Assembly (NCBI GenBank): GCA_963693365.1
Contig: CAVNZM010000003.1
Coordinates: forward strand, 14,354,914 to 14,418,913
Length of the DNA stretch: 64,000 nt
Origin: Amoebidium appalachense
Taxonomy: Eukaryota; Protista; Ichthyosporea
Direction: 5' to 3'
The translations under genes and the position numbers were made by a program. This document shows positions 51,931 to 64,000 of the stretch, piece by piece; position 1 is the first letter of the stretch; the number at the start of each line of letters is the position of its first letter. Under the pieces are notes generated by a model. It ran no database searches, was not told where the DNA came from, and worked only from the letters and a program-made list of their open reading frames with translations.

Positions 51931-52644
51931 CAACACCAATGCCGGCTCAACCCTCCACTCTCTCCAGGCAATACAAACCGTAAACCTTAACCCCTAGCCG
52001 TTCGCCGATGCATTTTTGCATCATTTTCAAAATAAAATGCATCCGCAACCTTCAAAACGCGCCTGATGCGTTGAGTCATGACGCTAGGAATTTCTGCCTA
52101 ACTTAGTATTTGCTGAGATCTTTACGGGGGTTCATATTACGTAACTAGGGCCTGAAAGAAACCCCGCCGCGGTGGCAAAATCGACACAAATCACGTGTTC
52201 ACAACACGTGCGGATACATAGGAACACGCCGTTTTTTTCTATAGGACACAAAGAAAGATATATGTACATGTGCTTGGTGCATTTTTGTCCACTTTGGCCG
52301 CCTTTAATGATTTTTCTCTTTTTTTTTCAAAGCTGGTCGATTTTGGCCTCCGTTCGGGGTTAATGAGTGTGGTGTTCTCCTCCCCCCCCCCCCTCCCCCC
52401 CCCCCCCCCCCCCCCCCACACACACACACCCACACCCACACAGAAAAAGAGAAAAAGAAAAAAAACACACGCACACGCACACGCACACGCACACACGCGT
52501 GCGCGCACACACACACACACACGCACGCACACACATACACACACACACACATACACACACACGCGCGTGCGCGCGCGTGCGTGCGCGCGCACGCACGCAC
52601 ACACACACACACACACAGAGAGAGACTCTCGGAGAGACTCACAT

Positions 52645-52680
<36 letters not shown>

Positions 52681-52701
52681 GGAGAGATTCACACACACAC
52701 G

Positions 52702-52733
<32 letters not shown>

Positions 52734-52735
52734 CT

Positions 52736-52779
<44 letters not shown>

Positions 52780-52837
52780 CTCACACACACACACACACAC
52801 AGAGAGAGAGAGGGGGACTCACACACACATGCACACG

Positions 52838-52874
<37 letters not shown>

Positions 52875-52885
52875 GGACATACACA

Positions 52886-53019
<134 letters not shown>

Positions 53020-53234
53020 CACACAAACACACACACCGCTGCCGCCTCCACCACAACCACCACCACCGGCACCACACGAACACACACTCAGTCTGGGAGA
53101 GATGTACAACTTGGCGCTAAAACTTAACCTGCGCCCAAACAGAGGATCATACACATGTGTCCCCTATTTAGCAGCCCCCCCCCCCCCCCCCCCCCCCGCC
53201 CAATTCCTCTTCCCGCGGAAACAAACATTTGTTG

Positions 53235-53272
<38 letters not shown>

Positions 53273-53964
53273 CCGCCGCCCTCCCCTCAATAAATCCCCG
53301 CAACGGTTCGGCCCTTTCTGTATTTCCCATGTACATATTCCGGCCTTTGCCTGGCTCCTCTGGTTCGTGTGGCCTTATAATTAGTTCTTTCGTTAAATTT
53401 CTACACCAATCGGCACAAGGTTGGTCTTGCACGATGTGTGCGGTCACGACTGAACTTCATAAACTTTGAAATCTAAGTTAAACTATAATACTAAAATATA
53501 CTAAGCACCGGGACGTTCTATAAAACATGCCCCCCCTAAAGCTGTAGGGCAGGCAATGGCATGTTTTTTTTGCACTAAGTTCATCTGCCAATCAGAAAAG
53601 GGGTGGCACCGTGGTGGGCAGGCAACCAATCGGAAGCAAGTAAGGGTACATGTGTTAATCTGAGCATTTCCCGATAAAACAAGTCATACTACGGTCACGT
53701 GTATGCACAAGAGAAACTTCGCATAAAAAGATAGATGTTTGTGGGGCAAACAAAAAGAAGAAAAAATGTTGGGATTAAAAACAGACCGAATGCCAATTAA
53801 TCTCTTTCCCGCGCGCCTGCCTGTTAATCGAAACTGCTTGCTTTTTGTTGGTGTTCATGCCCAACCCCCCCCCCCCCCCCCCCCCCCCAAACGAACACAC
53901 ACACACCACCCCCTCCCCTTCCCCCACCTCCCCCCTCACCTCTTTCGCCCCCCGCCCCCTCCCC

Positions 53965-54006
<42 letters not shown>

Positions 54007-55099
54007 ATATGATGTGTTTCTTGTAATGTCGTTTTTAACATGTGTATCTATAGTCGGGCCTAGTGTAAGTATTTTAGTAGCCTGGTGCCGGCACCTCATC
54101 ACAACTCACCTACATGTCGACAACAAACAGCAATGATTCTTCCCCCCCCCTCCCTCCCCCCCCCCCCCCCCCTCCCCCTCTCCGCCCCTCTCCCTCCCCC
54201 TGCCCTTCCCCCCCAGTACCACCCCCGTTCCCCCCGGTCCAACTTTGTACAAAAGCCAAATTCCAATTTCTAGGAGGCAGCTGCAGCCATGGCATACAGA
54301 AATGAAATTAATACGGTGGATGTGCTGATTTAATGATCCCTCACTCACGGAAGTCGTTACTAAACTGAATGTAGACCTTTTCTTTTCTGTTCGTTCAATA
54401 TAGTTAGTCCAGCGCGCTTAAAAGAATTCACCAAATCGGGTATACCGTGCCGGCTATATGATCATAGGGTAGATTGTTGCAGGCAATTAGATGGGTAAGG
54501 AGAGTTGATAACTGTTCGGCATTCGTGTTGTAAATTCAACAATAACGTGAGCGGGAGGCCCCGGAGGAAGGGGGGGGGGGGGGGGGGGAGGGGGAGGGGA
54601 GGGGGAAGGGGGAAGCCTCAGGGGGAGGGAGCTATGGGGGTGGGGTGGGGGGGGGGGGGGGGGGGGGGGGGGCACCCTGGGGTGGGTGGGAGGGTGGGTG
54701 GGAGGGGGGGGGGGGGACCCCGAGGGGGGGGGGGGGGGTCAAGCTGTGAGATGGCACGTTGATAAGTATATTACCAATATGTTGAGCGACGCCACCCACT
54801 GCCCAGCCAAGGATGTGGAGATTGATCGTTCGCATGTGGGTGTGCGTGCACGTGCGCATATGCATGTGCGTGGGTGTACGTGTTTAAATTGTGTGTTTGT
54901 GGGGATGCACGTGGGTAATACCGGCGGCGGTACTACATGTGTGAGTACTTCCTCGTGTGTGGGTGGCACTGTGTGGGGGCCTCGATGTTTTGGTGTTTAC
55001 TGGTAAGTTGAACGTGTACATCACTGAATACACGTGAGTCTGGATGTACTTAAGGTTATCAAGTTTTTTTCTTGTTTGCATGCCTGGGTGTGTACCTGT

Positions 55100-55153
<54 letters not shown>

Positions 55154-55790
55154 ATGTAGTGTTTATGTACGTGGTACTTGCATGCACAAATATTACACAT
55201 ACAGCCAGGGGTGTTCTGTCCTACTTTTTATTCCTCTACTTCCATTGCATGAAGTAGCTCATCATATTCAGGTGTAGTCTGTCACACGATACTCAATATT
55301 CATTATACTGGATTGGGTAAACGAGGCAACTTGCCATAAAAGCGTCATATAAAACATAGCTAAAGAAAAGAAAAACGAAGGCAAAAATATTCAGACACGC
55401 GAAGTACACATTATCCGTTTGTTTATAGGCTACTGCTTACACCCCCCCCCCCGACCTCTTGCTCTTAACCACAACATGAAAGGGGATGTATTCCGAATAT
55501 ACCAGGAAATTTCATATTTTCGTTGTCCCGTGGCATCCCTGTACATACACACAAACTAATCTCTCAAGTGAAATTTCACCTGTATTTCACTTGTCGAGCT
55601 ATCATTGCACATTTATCTCGACCACCATCAAATTCCGTTAGCACAACTCTGCCAATAACGAGTCACATGGGAGAATTACATGATAATTAATTAACACCCT
55701 CCCCTTCCCCCCCCCCCCTCCCCCCCCCCCCCCCAACACACACAAACCCCCTTCCCCCCTCCCCCCGCCCCCGCCCCCTTCCCTCCCCTC

Positions 55791-55821
<31 letters not shown>

Positions 55822-58005
55822 ACCTCCCCCCCAATCTCTCTCTAAGGGCACCCAAACCACAGCCTCCCCTCACACGCCCCAATACATTCTCTTTGTGCAC
55901 AAACACTGACTCGTCTGGAGGCGGATTGCACAACGTTATAGCTCGAATGCTCCCCTTCTCCCCTCCCCCCCCCCCCCCCCCCCCTCCCCCCCCCCCCCCC
56001 CCTCCGCGCCCTAAAAATGATTTAAAAATGATAACAACAATAATAAGAATAATGATGACGGTAATAATCACAATAATAAAATAATAAAACACTTGTGGAA
56101 AGAAAGCAAACATATCCGGCTACTGGAAAAAAAAATAGAAAAGCTTGGCTCGGCACGTAGAAACCCTTCTTGGCCCGAGATATCACGTTACCAATGACGT
56201 CACCAATCTGTCATTGGAGAAACCATGTTAGTTCACCGCCTGTTGTAAAACATGTCACACATAGTAGGGAGGGCAAAAGAACAGAAACCCCATAAAAATA
56301 GGAAACAAAAAATCTAAGTAAACAGTTATGCCATAGGGCTTTCATGCCGACCCACACCCTCCCCCATTCCCCCTCCCACCCCACTACACCATCCCTTCAC
56401 CTCCCCCACCCATCCCCCCTCCCCTTGCATCTCTGTCTCCCCCCATACTTCAATGTAAAGAAATGTAAAGATTTCCCTGCTTCCACACACGAAACACAAA
56501 TCCGGATCAATCTGAAATTAACGAGCCCCCCTCCCCCTTCCCCCCCCCCCCCCCCCCCCCCCCGGGGGCCCCCGCAACAACACACACACACACACACACA
56601 CACACCTGCCTACCAAACCAACAGCACAGCCAAAGCTTCTTACTAGATACACACATACAAGCACACCCAAATCATCACGGAAAAAAAGGTGTGTGTGTGT
56701 GTGTGTGTGTGCAGGAGGGGGGGGCGGGGGGAGTAAGAGAAGAAAGCAGCAGAGAAAAAGCAAATAACCTTCCAAGCGCAAAAAAGGTCACTCCCTCCCC
56801 TTCCCGAACAAAAACCCAACACACACACACACACAGGAACACACGCACGCACGCACGCACACACGCACACACACACGCACACAACACACACACACACACC
56901 AACCCACGCTCCTCCCTCCCTCCCCCCCACCCCCCTCACCTCCCCACACACCCATGGGTTCTCCATATACCCCCCCCAAACCCTCCAACCCCCTTAAACC
57001 CACCAACCGGCAAACCCCCCTTATTTATCCCACACGTCGATCCTAACCCTCGCACACCCTCAAACCCAAAGCCAAAACCAAAGACCCGAATCCCGCCCAT
57101 CCCCCCCCTTCCCCCCCCCGCCCCTTTGGCTCACTCGCCCCCTTCCCACTATCTTCCTCCCACCCTTTCCCATTCTCTTATCCCCCCCCCCCCCCCCCTT
57201 TTACCCCCCCCCCCCCCCCCCTAATTTAACACTTCTCTAACCACCGTTTCAACCTTGCCACTCTTCCCCCCCCCCCCCAAAAAAAAAACAAAAAAAACAA
57301 ACAAAAAAAACTCCACAGAATCTCATCCCTCCCCCCTCCCACAAAACACACACATACACCCACACCCACAAGCACACACACAACCACCACCACCACCACC
57401 ACCAACAGGCACACACAATCAAGCCCATCATCTCTGTCTAAAATCACCACAATAACTCGAAGGAACCCCTTTCCCCCCCCCCCCCCCTCCCCCCCCCCCC
57501 CCCCCCTCCACTCCAACCCCCTCTTAAAACCACTCTTCTGCTTCTCTCCTACTCCCACCTCAAAACCACCCGTGCTCTTGTTTCCTATTTCTCCCCCCCC
57601 CCCCCCCCCCCCTTTTCCCTTTGCTTGTTCACAAAGCAAAGCATACAATAACATTTACAACCCCCCCCCCCCCCCCCCCCACGCCTACACCCACCCGTTC
57701 TCTTAACCCTCTCCCTTTGCTCTCTACCCCCCATATTCCTTTCTTCTTAGAAAAATAACCACAATATCCTCAGCAATACATCGATTCAGTTACACACATC
57801 ATTACTCGTCGACCCAAAGTCACCACCTAAAAACCCCCCTCCCCCCCCCCAACAACACACACACACACACACCCAAGTTCTCAACCTATACAAACCCTTG
57901 CCCAACAAACGCCCCCTTAACCTTCCCACCCACCCACCCCCGCTCCCCTTCCCACCCTCCCACCCAACCCCCCCCCCCCCCCACACACAAACATTCTCTC
58001 ACCTT

Positions 58006-59777
58006 CTAGAAGATCACCACCCCGTTTAGATCCGTATCCGTGACGTACACCCGATCCTCCGCATCCACAGCCACCGCGTGCGGTTTTCCCACCACATCCA
58101 CACCGAGCACGGCTATTGGTGCAGAGTCAGGCCCGAAAACAGACACCCTCTGATTCTCCGATTCCACAACAATGACATTATCTCTTGAATCCACAGCGAC
58201 GCCCGTAGGCGTTCCCAGATTCCCCGGGGAGCCAAAACTGCGATGAACATTCCCGGAGAGATGATCAACCTCCACCACGCGATGTTCGCTCAGCAACGAA
58301 ACGATGAGATTCCCACGGGAATTGAACGCGACACCCCACGGGCGCGCCCCCACCGCATACTGCCTTAAACACGCTCCCTCGGGACTCAACACCTGAACCC
58401 TGTCATTGTGATTGTCCGCCACGTAAATGTTTCCCATCTTGTCCACCGCCAATCCCCTCGGGCAGTGGAGCTGGCCCGGCCCGGAACCCTTCGACCCGAA
58501 TTGCCTAATTAAGCTACCCGCACCGCTGAAAGCGCGCACCGTGTCGTCATAGCAACTTACGTAAGTGGTTCCGTCGCTAGCAACCGCCACCCCCAACGGT
58601 ACACTCCCAACAACGACCCCACTCACCCACCCCCCATCCGGCCGTAAAACCGCCACGCGCTGGTTGTCGCAATCGGCAACGTACAACAGTCCCCCCATGG
58701 GTGGTAATTCCGTACGGATATTCGAATTGTCCATCTCTGCTCCCCGCCGTGCCAATTTTCCGTGCCGTGGCTGCTACCTTTGTGTAGTCCCTCCCCTGTA
58801 AAGGATAACCAACGGGTGACCCCTGCGTCAAAGGACCCCCTGAAATTTCCGCGCCGTCCGATTCCATCACCGGCCCCCAGTTGAACATTCCAGCCGATAT
58901 TTTCCGTGGGGGGACCTGCGGGTTTCCCTTTGCTGCTCCGCTCAAAATTCCGGGAACCCCAGGACTCTGAGACTGCGAAAGTGGGGTGGTGGTGGAGGCG
59001 GGTGTAGGGGGAGTGGACCCTAGACCGGAGACGGGGGGTGGGGGAAATGCCCGGGATACCGTTTGCACCTATCCTCGGCTGGCTGGCGGTGGTTGCCAGG
59101 GTGCGTGGTCCCTGCCTGGGAATGTGTTGTTGTTGTGGTTGTTGCTGAGAACTGACGGGTGCAGAGTGTAACGCGTGCAACTCATTCCCCTTCCTTCCTA
59201 TTTGCGGTGCACGCAGGCCCGCGGGGACATCAACGGGCGGGCCGGCTTGTATGTTTACATGGGGTAGACCGAGTGCAAGACGTAGGGAGCGTGCTAGAGG
59301 CTCGATGCCAAAATATTCCGCCTCTTTGAGCAAAAGTCGTTTTTTGGTCGCGCTGGCGGGAAAACCCGTGTCGTCATGGTCACGCAAATACGACAGAATG
59401 TAGCGGAAAAGCGCGCCATCTCTATCGATGAAAACGCACCCAGTCTGATCTACGTTAGGTGGGTTTTCCCCCGTGAATAGCGCCTCTAGAAATGTACCGT
59501 TTATGCTACAAATCGTCTGCCTGGTGGTGCGGTATTTCACCCCTCCCACGTCCAAGTCAATCGGCTCATCCTCCCTCCCCGACGCTAGTGCGCGCACACG
59601 CCGTTTCTCCTCTTCCAATGTTGCCCTTTCTGCTTGTAGATGTCTTTCTTGCTCGAGAATTTCTTTTTCCAACGCTTCTGCTGCAAGATTAAACTCCGCT
59701 GCTAGGGATTTCAAGTGGGCTAGTTGCTCGGATATGGAGGGCCCCACATCCCCGTTTCGTTCTTCCGTTTCCACCAT
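58006..59777 (-). CDS. Intronless KCTD-type BTB/POZ (T1) plus NHL-repeat beta-propeller protein; two frameshifts in homopolymers (~59040 and ~58693)
   Basis: IDLDVGGVKYRTTRQTI...FIDRDGALFRYILSYLRD...EAEYFGI is a KCTD-type BTB. Repeats GQFEYPYGI, GQLHCPRGLAVD..IYVAD..NDRVQV and PTGVAVD are NHL-type. Three overlapping ORFs join at C/G runs. Confidence 0.85.
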
Positions 59778-60227
59778 TTTTCTAGTTTACAGCGCCAAAA
59801 AAAAGAAGGAACTCCTTTAGGATAGATATATATGTGCGTGCTAGTGTGAAAATACTTTACATATTATGTGCATGCACACATGTATAAACTACATAAACAT
59901 CGCCCCATATAGGCACTCTACACTTATGACTAACGCACACGACCCCGGGACCGTCTAAAAAACAAAAACGAAAACGCCATCGCGTTTTATGAAGTTGTTT
60001 TATGCGGCTCGGACCAGTGCTGGTAAAGGGCCTATAATTTCACTACTTATTTAGGTTAAAGCCGCTAATTTACAGAATGTCCGTTTAGAGGGGTTTAAAG
60101 TCATTTTTCATATGGTATAGTTTAATGAATATGCACATTGTACATTTCGAGAAGTTTTCTTTATCGTATTTACCGTTTCCCGTATTCTTTTTATGAGCCA
60201 CTTTCCCATATATAGGGCACACGGATA

Positions 60228-61513
60228 ATACTTCGCTTGTTTCATCAAGCTCTATTTAGAGATGTATTTAGGCCAACTGATTGGTTGGAATAGGGTTCCA
60301 ACAATCAGTGGCCGCTAGGGAGCCGACTATGGTATATAGGCGGCGACTCGTTCTACTCGTCTTAGCTTTGTTTCCCCGTCGGCCCCTACTTACATAGCTG
60401 TAGAGGGCCGACAGACGGCAGGAGGCTCGGCTTAGCTCGGTAGAACGGCGGCGTGGCGCCCGGGTAGCAGTTGTGAAGCGTAATTAGCAGTGGTGGGTAA
60501 ATCTAAATAGATAGCTATTTGCGTAGGGGTGAGCTGCACCCACGGCCTGAGGGCAACTGGGCTGCGGCCCTTTCTAGTTAGGTTCTACGAGCGCGCGTAG
60601 TGTTGTAGATAAACTGTTTGCGAGCGCGCGTAGTGCTGCAGACAGGTGTAGTGTCTCAATTTCTTCGAAGGCAGGATGGGAGATGCATGCATCCCAACTG
60701 CCATTGTATCAGAGAGTTCGTGCCTGTGTAGATGAGTGGGAGCGTGGGGGTGCGTCTAAAGAAGTTTTGTTCTGGATTAAGTACGGCATCACACCAGAAT
60801 GGAAGATTGCGCGCCCTGCCCCTTTTGATGCAGGTGGCTATCTGTATATCGGCGAAGTTTCAGAGGCAGAAGCGGCAGTGGAAGTTGAACGGTTAGTGAG
60901 TAAGGGGGCCCTCGAGACAGTGCCTGAAAGCGCAAAATGGTGTGTTTCGAAGTCTTTTGGGCTGCGGAAGCCCAACGGAAACGTCCGGCTCATTATTGAT
61001 ATGCGTCCTGTGAATGAATACGCCGTCGCACGTGGTATCAAGTACGAAACCCTCAGCGATTTGACGGCGCTCGCGCAGCCGGGTGACCACGCTTTCAGTT
61101 TCGACCTCGAAGACGGATATTTTGCACTAGCCATTCAACCCCGGTTCCGCAAGTATTTCCAACTTGTGTGGGGGGACAACTCTTCCAGTACACGGTGCTT
61201 CCCTTCGGTTACTCCCTCAGTCCCTACTTTTTCATGCGCCTTATGTGCGAGTTCGCGCGTCGGTTACGTGCACGCGGCATCCGTTCGTTGGTTTTCCTCG
61301 ATGACTGGGCCATCTTCGAACAGGCGGCACGGGCACTCGACACATGCGGGGTGGTGGAGCAGGAATTGAAAGTCACCGGCCTTACGAAGCATCCGAATAA
61401 GGCTCATTGGGACCCAGTGAGTGCTCTCAACCATTTAGGCATCCACATAAATTTGGAGGAAGGGTATTTGTCTCCCACATTGGCGTCTTTGGAAAAATTA
61501 TCGGGGGAAACAC
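60228..61513 (+). mobile_element. 5' half of the DIRS-like retroelement: terminal repeat and reverse transcriptase
   Basis: W..GASKEVLFWIKYG, VRLIIDMRPVN, FDLEDGYF, LPFGYSLSP and FLDDW are typical of DIRS/Ngaro-type RT; frameshift in a G run at ~61170. Confidence 0.88.
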
Positions 61514-61564
61514 TGACATATACTAATCCGTCTTAGCAGATCAGCCTAAGTCTATGATCGAGAT

Positions 61565-61605
<41 letters not shown>

Positions 61606-63627
61606 GGCCCGGGTCCACAGATCATCAAGATCAAGTCCGGGGCCTCAAGATAGCTGTACAGCTGCGTGCATCTTGCCTCTGCCGGCGCAGGGCAGGACCA
61701 CGTCAGCCGGGGCAGCCGACCAATAGAATTCTAATTAGTGTGTAGGATAGATCGTAGGAGGACTTAGGAATGTGATTGTTCGGGCAGAAGCCCTTTTGTA
61801 AGTATTGGCAGGGTTTGATAGTGTATGTTACCAAACGTATTTATATATTTCGATGTAGAGGAAAGGGGGGAGGGAGGGGGGGGGAGGATAGTATGAAATG
61901 TAGATTTAGACTCTGCGGTGCCACTAGGGGGAGGGTGAGGGGTGAGACATGGATAAATATATTAGTTGAGTAGATCGACTTAGCTCGTGCAGGCGCACGA
62001 TAAAGTAGATCGGAATGTTTGGAATGTGGCATCGTAGGGGGGCCAGGTGATGATGATCTTTGAGGGCACGGCCTTGATGGCCTCAGTTGTAACTTAGTCT
62101 CATTCCGTACGGATCTAAGTTTGCCCGTCGGAGCCTGGTCTGAATAAACTTTATCGTTTTTCCGTACACGTTCGTTCCTTTTCGTGTGTGTACACTTAGT
62201 AGAGTGCCGCGTCTCTAGTACATACACAATAGGATACGACAAGCTACACCTTTCTTTTAGTGCGGTTTTTCGCGCTAGGGTAACGCGGTGACAGTTCCTT
62301 CTGGGCTGTTGCTACACCTCAAACACACAACAAAAAAAAAAAAAAAAAAAAAAAAAAACAACCATAAACACAACCACACGAGTTCGGGCACACACCACAC
62401 AATGGCTAAGTTCAACGTAGATATGTTCTACGCATTGGCAGCGGAGGATAGCTCCCTGCACACACAGGTACCACAGGTTCATACACTAGACGTTAGACAG
62501 ACCACAGCTTTCAGTTTTACACTCAAACATGACTCGGAAATACCTAGGTGGCTTAGGACACTCCTAGCTAACACACCCACACTAGTGTTAGACACTAAGA
62601 AGGCCCCCACTGTGGCGGCCTCGTGCCTAATGAACAAGCAGTGCATCGACCACAAGACTATGGCCGACTTATGCACCCTTATGGAGGAGCACCCGTACCG
62701 GGCCGAGCAGGCCCCCCAGGTGACGGCTCGTATATACGAGCAGCAGTACGACGAGGGGAGGGACGAGATGGTGTCCCGGACGCTCGGCCAGAAACGTCTG
62801 GCCGCACGGTTCATCCCCGACGACGAGGACGAGAACAGCACCGACGACGTGGACGGGGAGCTCGAGGCCTTCACACGGCCGGAAAACGAGCTCGAGTATA
62901 CGGCCCGGCTCGTCGGCCGATACCTGACGGCCGACCGGCGCCGTACCTTCCGGGCCCAGCTACGAGAATGGAAGTATACCTTTCCCACTTTAGATATGTC
63001 CCCCGTAGAAGCTCGTGCATTCTTTGAGAGGGAATATCGGGTCTTTGAAGACCTTTGTGAGTTAGCTGGTGACGTGAGTGATAGGGAAAAGTTCGAGTTT
63101 GCTCGTAAGGCTCTCTCTGTAAACACAGACACTGCACGCATGTTTGGGGAGCATGATGATGTAGATGAGGTGGTGTTGCATGTTAAACGTCACTTGCTTG
63201 CCATGCACGAGGTGAAGTTCAATAAGAGGGATAAAAAGGAGGTGATGGAAGTAGACAAGAAAAAGAAGGAGAGTGGACAGAAGGGGGAAAAAGAGAAAAA
63301 AGAGGGTGAACAGCCAGATGCACTCACCATGTTGGTCAAGCAGGTTGCCGAGCTCTCCCAGGCCGTCTTCTCTGGCCGAGGAGGCTTCGGCTTCCGGGGT
63401 GGCCGTGGCGGCGACCGGGGTGGACACGGCGGTCGTGGGCGCGGTGGACGTGGAGGACAACAGCAGCAGTTCACCGAGAGGTTTGCCCCTTATCTTGCTC
63501 GTGGTGGTGGGCAGGGTAGAGGGAGGGGTGGAAATGGTGGTGAGAGAGGCCGAGGGGGGCAGGGGGGAAGGGGGGGCCGTGGTGCACACGGTGGGCCCCC
63601 CCAGCGTGACCGGGCTCCCGGTTATGC
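61514..63627 (+). mobile_element. LTR retrotransposon (superfamily uncertain, probably Gypsy-like): 5' LTR 61514-62241 plus gag
   Basis: TG...CA LTR of 728 bp, preceded by AACAC that matches the flank of the LTR fragment at 49698-49694. Confidence 0.8.
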
Positions 63628-63736
63628 ATCAGCAAACTTCCCGGAAGTATTGCCAACGTATTTTTTGCTATTGGCGCTATTGGCAATATTGGCAATAGAA
63701 CCCCTTGCCGCCAATAGGAACGCCATATTGCAATAA
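62402..63736 (+). CDS. Gag-like protein with an RGG/GR-rich C-terminus, apparently disrupted near 63627
   Basis: Long ORF directly after the LTR; helical capsid-like region followed by RGG repeats; sequence character changes abruptly near 63627. Confidence 0.6.
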   Translation: MAKFNVDMFYALAAEDSSLHTQVPQVHTLDVRQTTAFSFTLKHDSEIPRWLRTLLANTPTLVLDTKKAPTVAASCLMNKQCIDHKTMADLCTLMEEHPYRAEQAPQVTARIYEQQYDEGRDEMVSRTLGQKRLAARFIPDDEDENSTDDVDGELEAFTRPENELEYTARLVGRYLTADRRRTFRAQLREWKYTFPTLDMSPVEARAFFEREYRVFEDLCELAGDVSDREKFEFARKALSVNTDTARMFGEHDDVDEVVLHVKRHLLAMHEVKFNKRDKKEVMEVDKKKKESGQKGEKEKKEGEQPDALTMLVKQVAELSQAVFSGRGGFGFRGGRGGDRGGHGGRGRGGRGGQQQQFTERFAPYLARGGGQGRGRGGNGGERGRGGQGGRGGRGAHGGPPQRDRAPGYASANFPEVLPTYFLLLALLAILAIEPLAANRNAILQ

Positions 63737-64000
63737 TATTGCTTTGGTATTGTCAATGGTAATACAGTACCAATACCCTCTATTGTCGATCATCAGCAAT
63801 CTTCACCCCCCATCGGAAACCCCTCTTCGACGTCGACGACGGGGTCGGAGTAGTTTACGATACCTGAGTGGCTGCGTTTGGTACCCTCGACATTTTAATG
63901 GATGGAAAAGCTGAAAACCCATCGCCGACGTCGACAAGCATATTACAGGGTAATAAAGAGGTCCACTGATTTTTCGACCCTCATGTGTATATGCCAACGT

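Overview
Repeat-rich eukaryotic DNA with GT-AG introns full of poly-C, (CA)n and (GA)n tracts. Many single-base frameshifts fall in homopolymer runs, which suggests long-read assembly errors. From left to right: (1) a ~21 kb DNA-transposon-like locus with an intact 9-exon Plavaka/CMC-type transposase gene (minus) head-to-head with a 7-exon gene carrying a KDM4-type JmjC histone-demethylase domain (plus); a young Copia element sits in one of that gene's introns. (2) A nest of a second Copia family: two deleted copies in tandem share an LTR, and a full-length copy is inserted into them. (3) Inside that full-length copy's 5' LTR lies a 659-bp TRIM-like miniature LTR element whose two LTRs each carry a complete tRNA-like cloverleaf with Pol III A/B boxes, analogous to the 5S-bearing Cassandra elements. 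(4) Microsatellite-rich spacer DNA. (5) A compact DIRS-like RT-RNaseH-methyltransferase element, split by an LTR retrotransposon (TSD AACAC) and then separated by an inversion that brackets an intronless BTB-NHL gene. The best novelty candidates are the tRNA-bearing TRIM and the demethylase-carrying Plavaka element. All domain calls come from motif recognition by eye; no searches were run.
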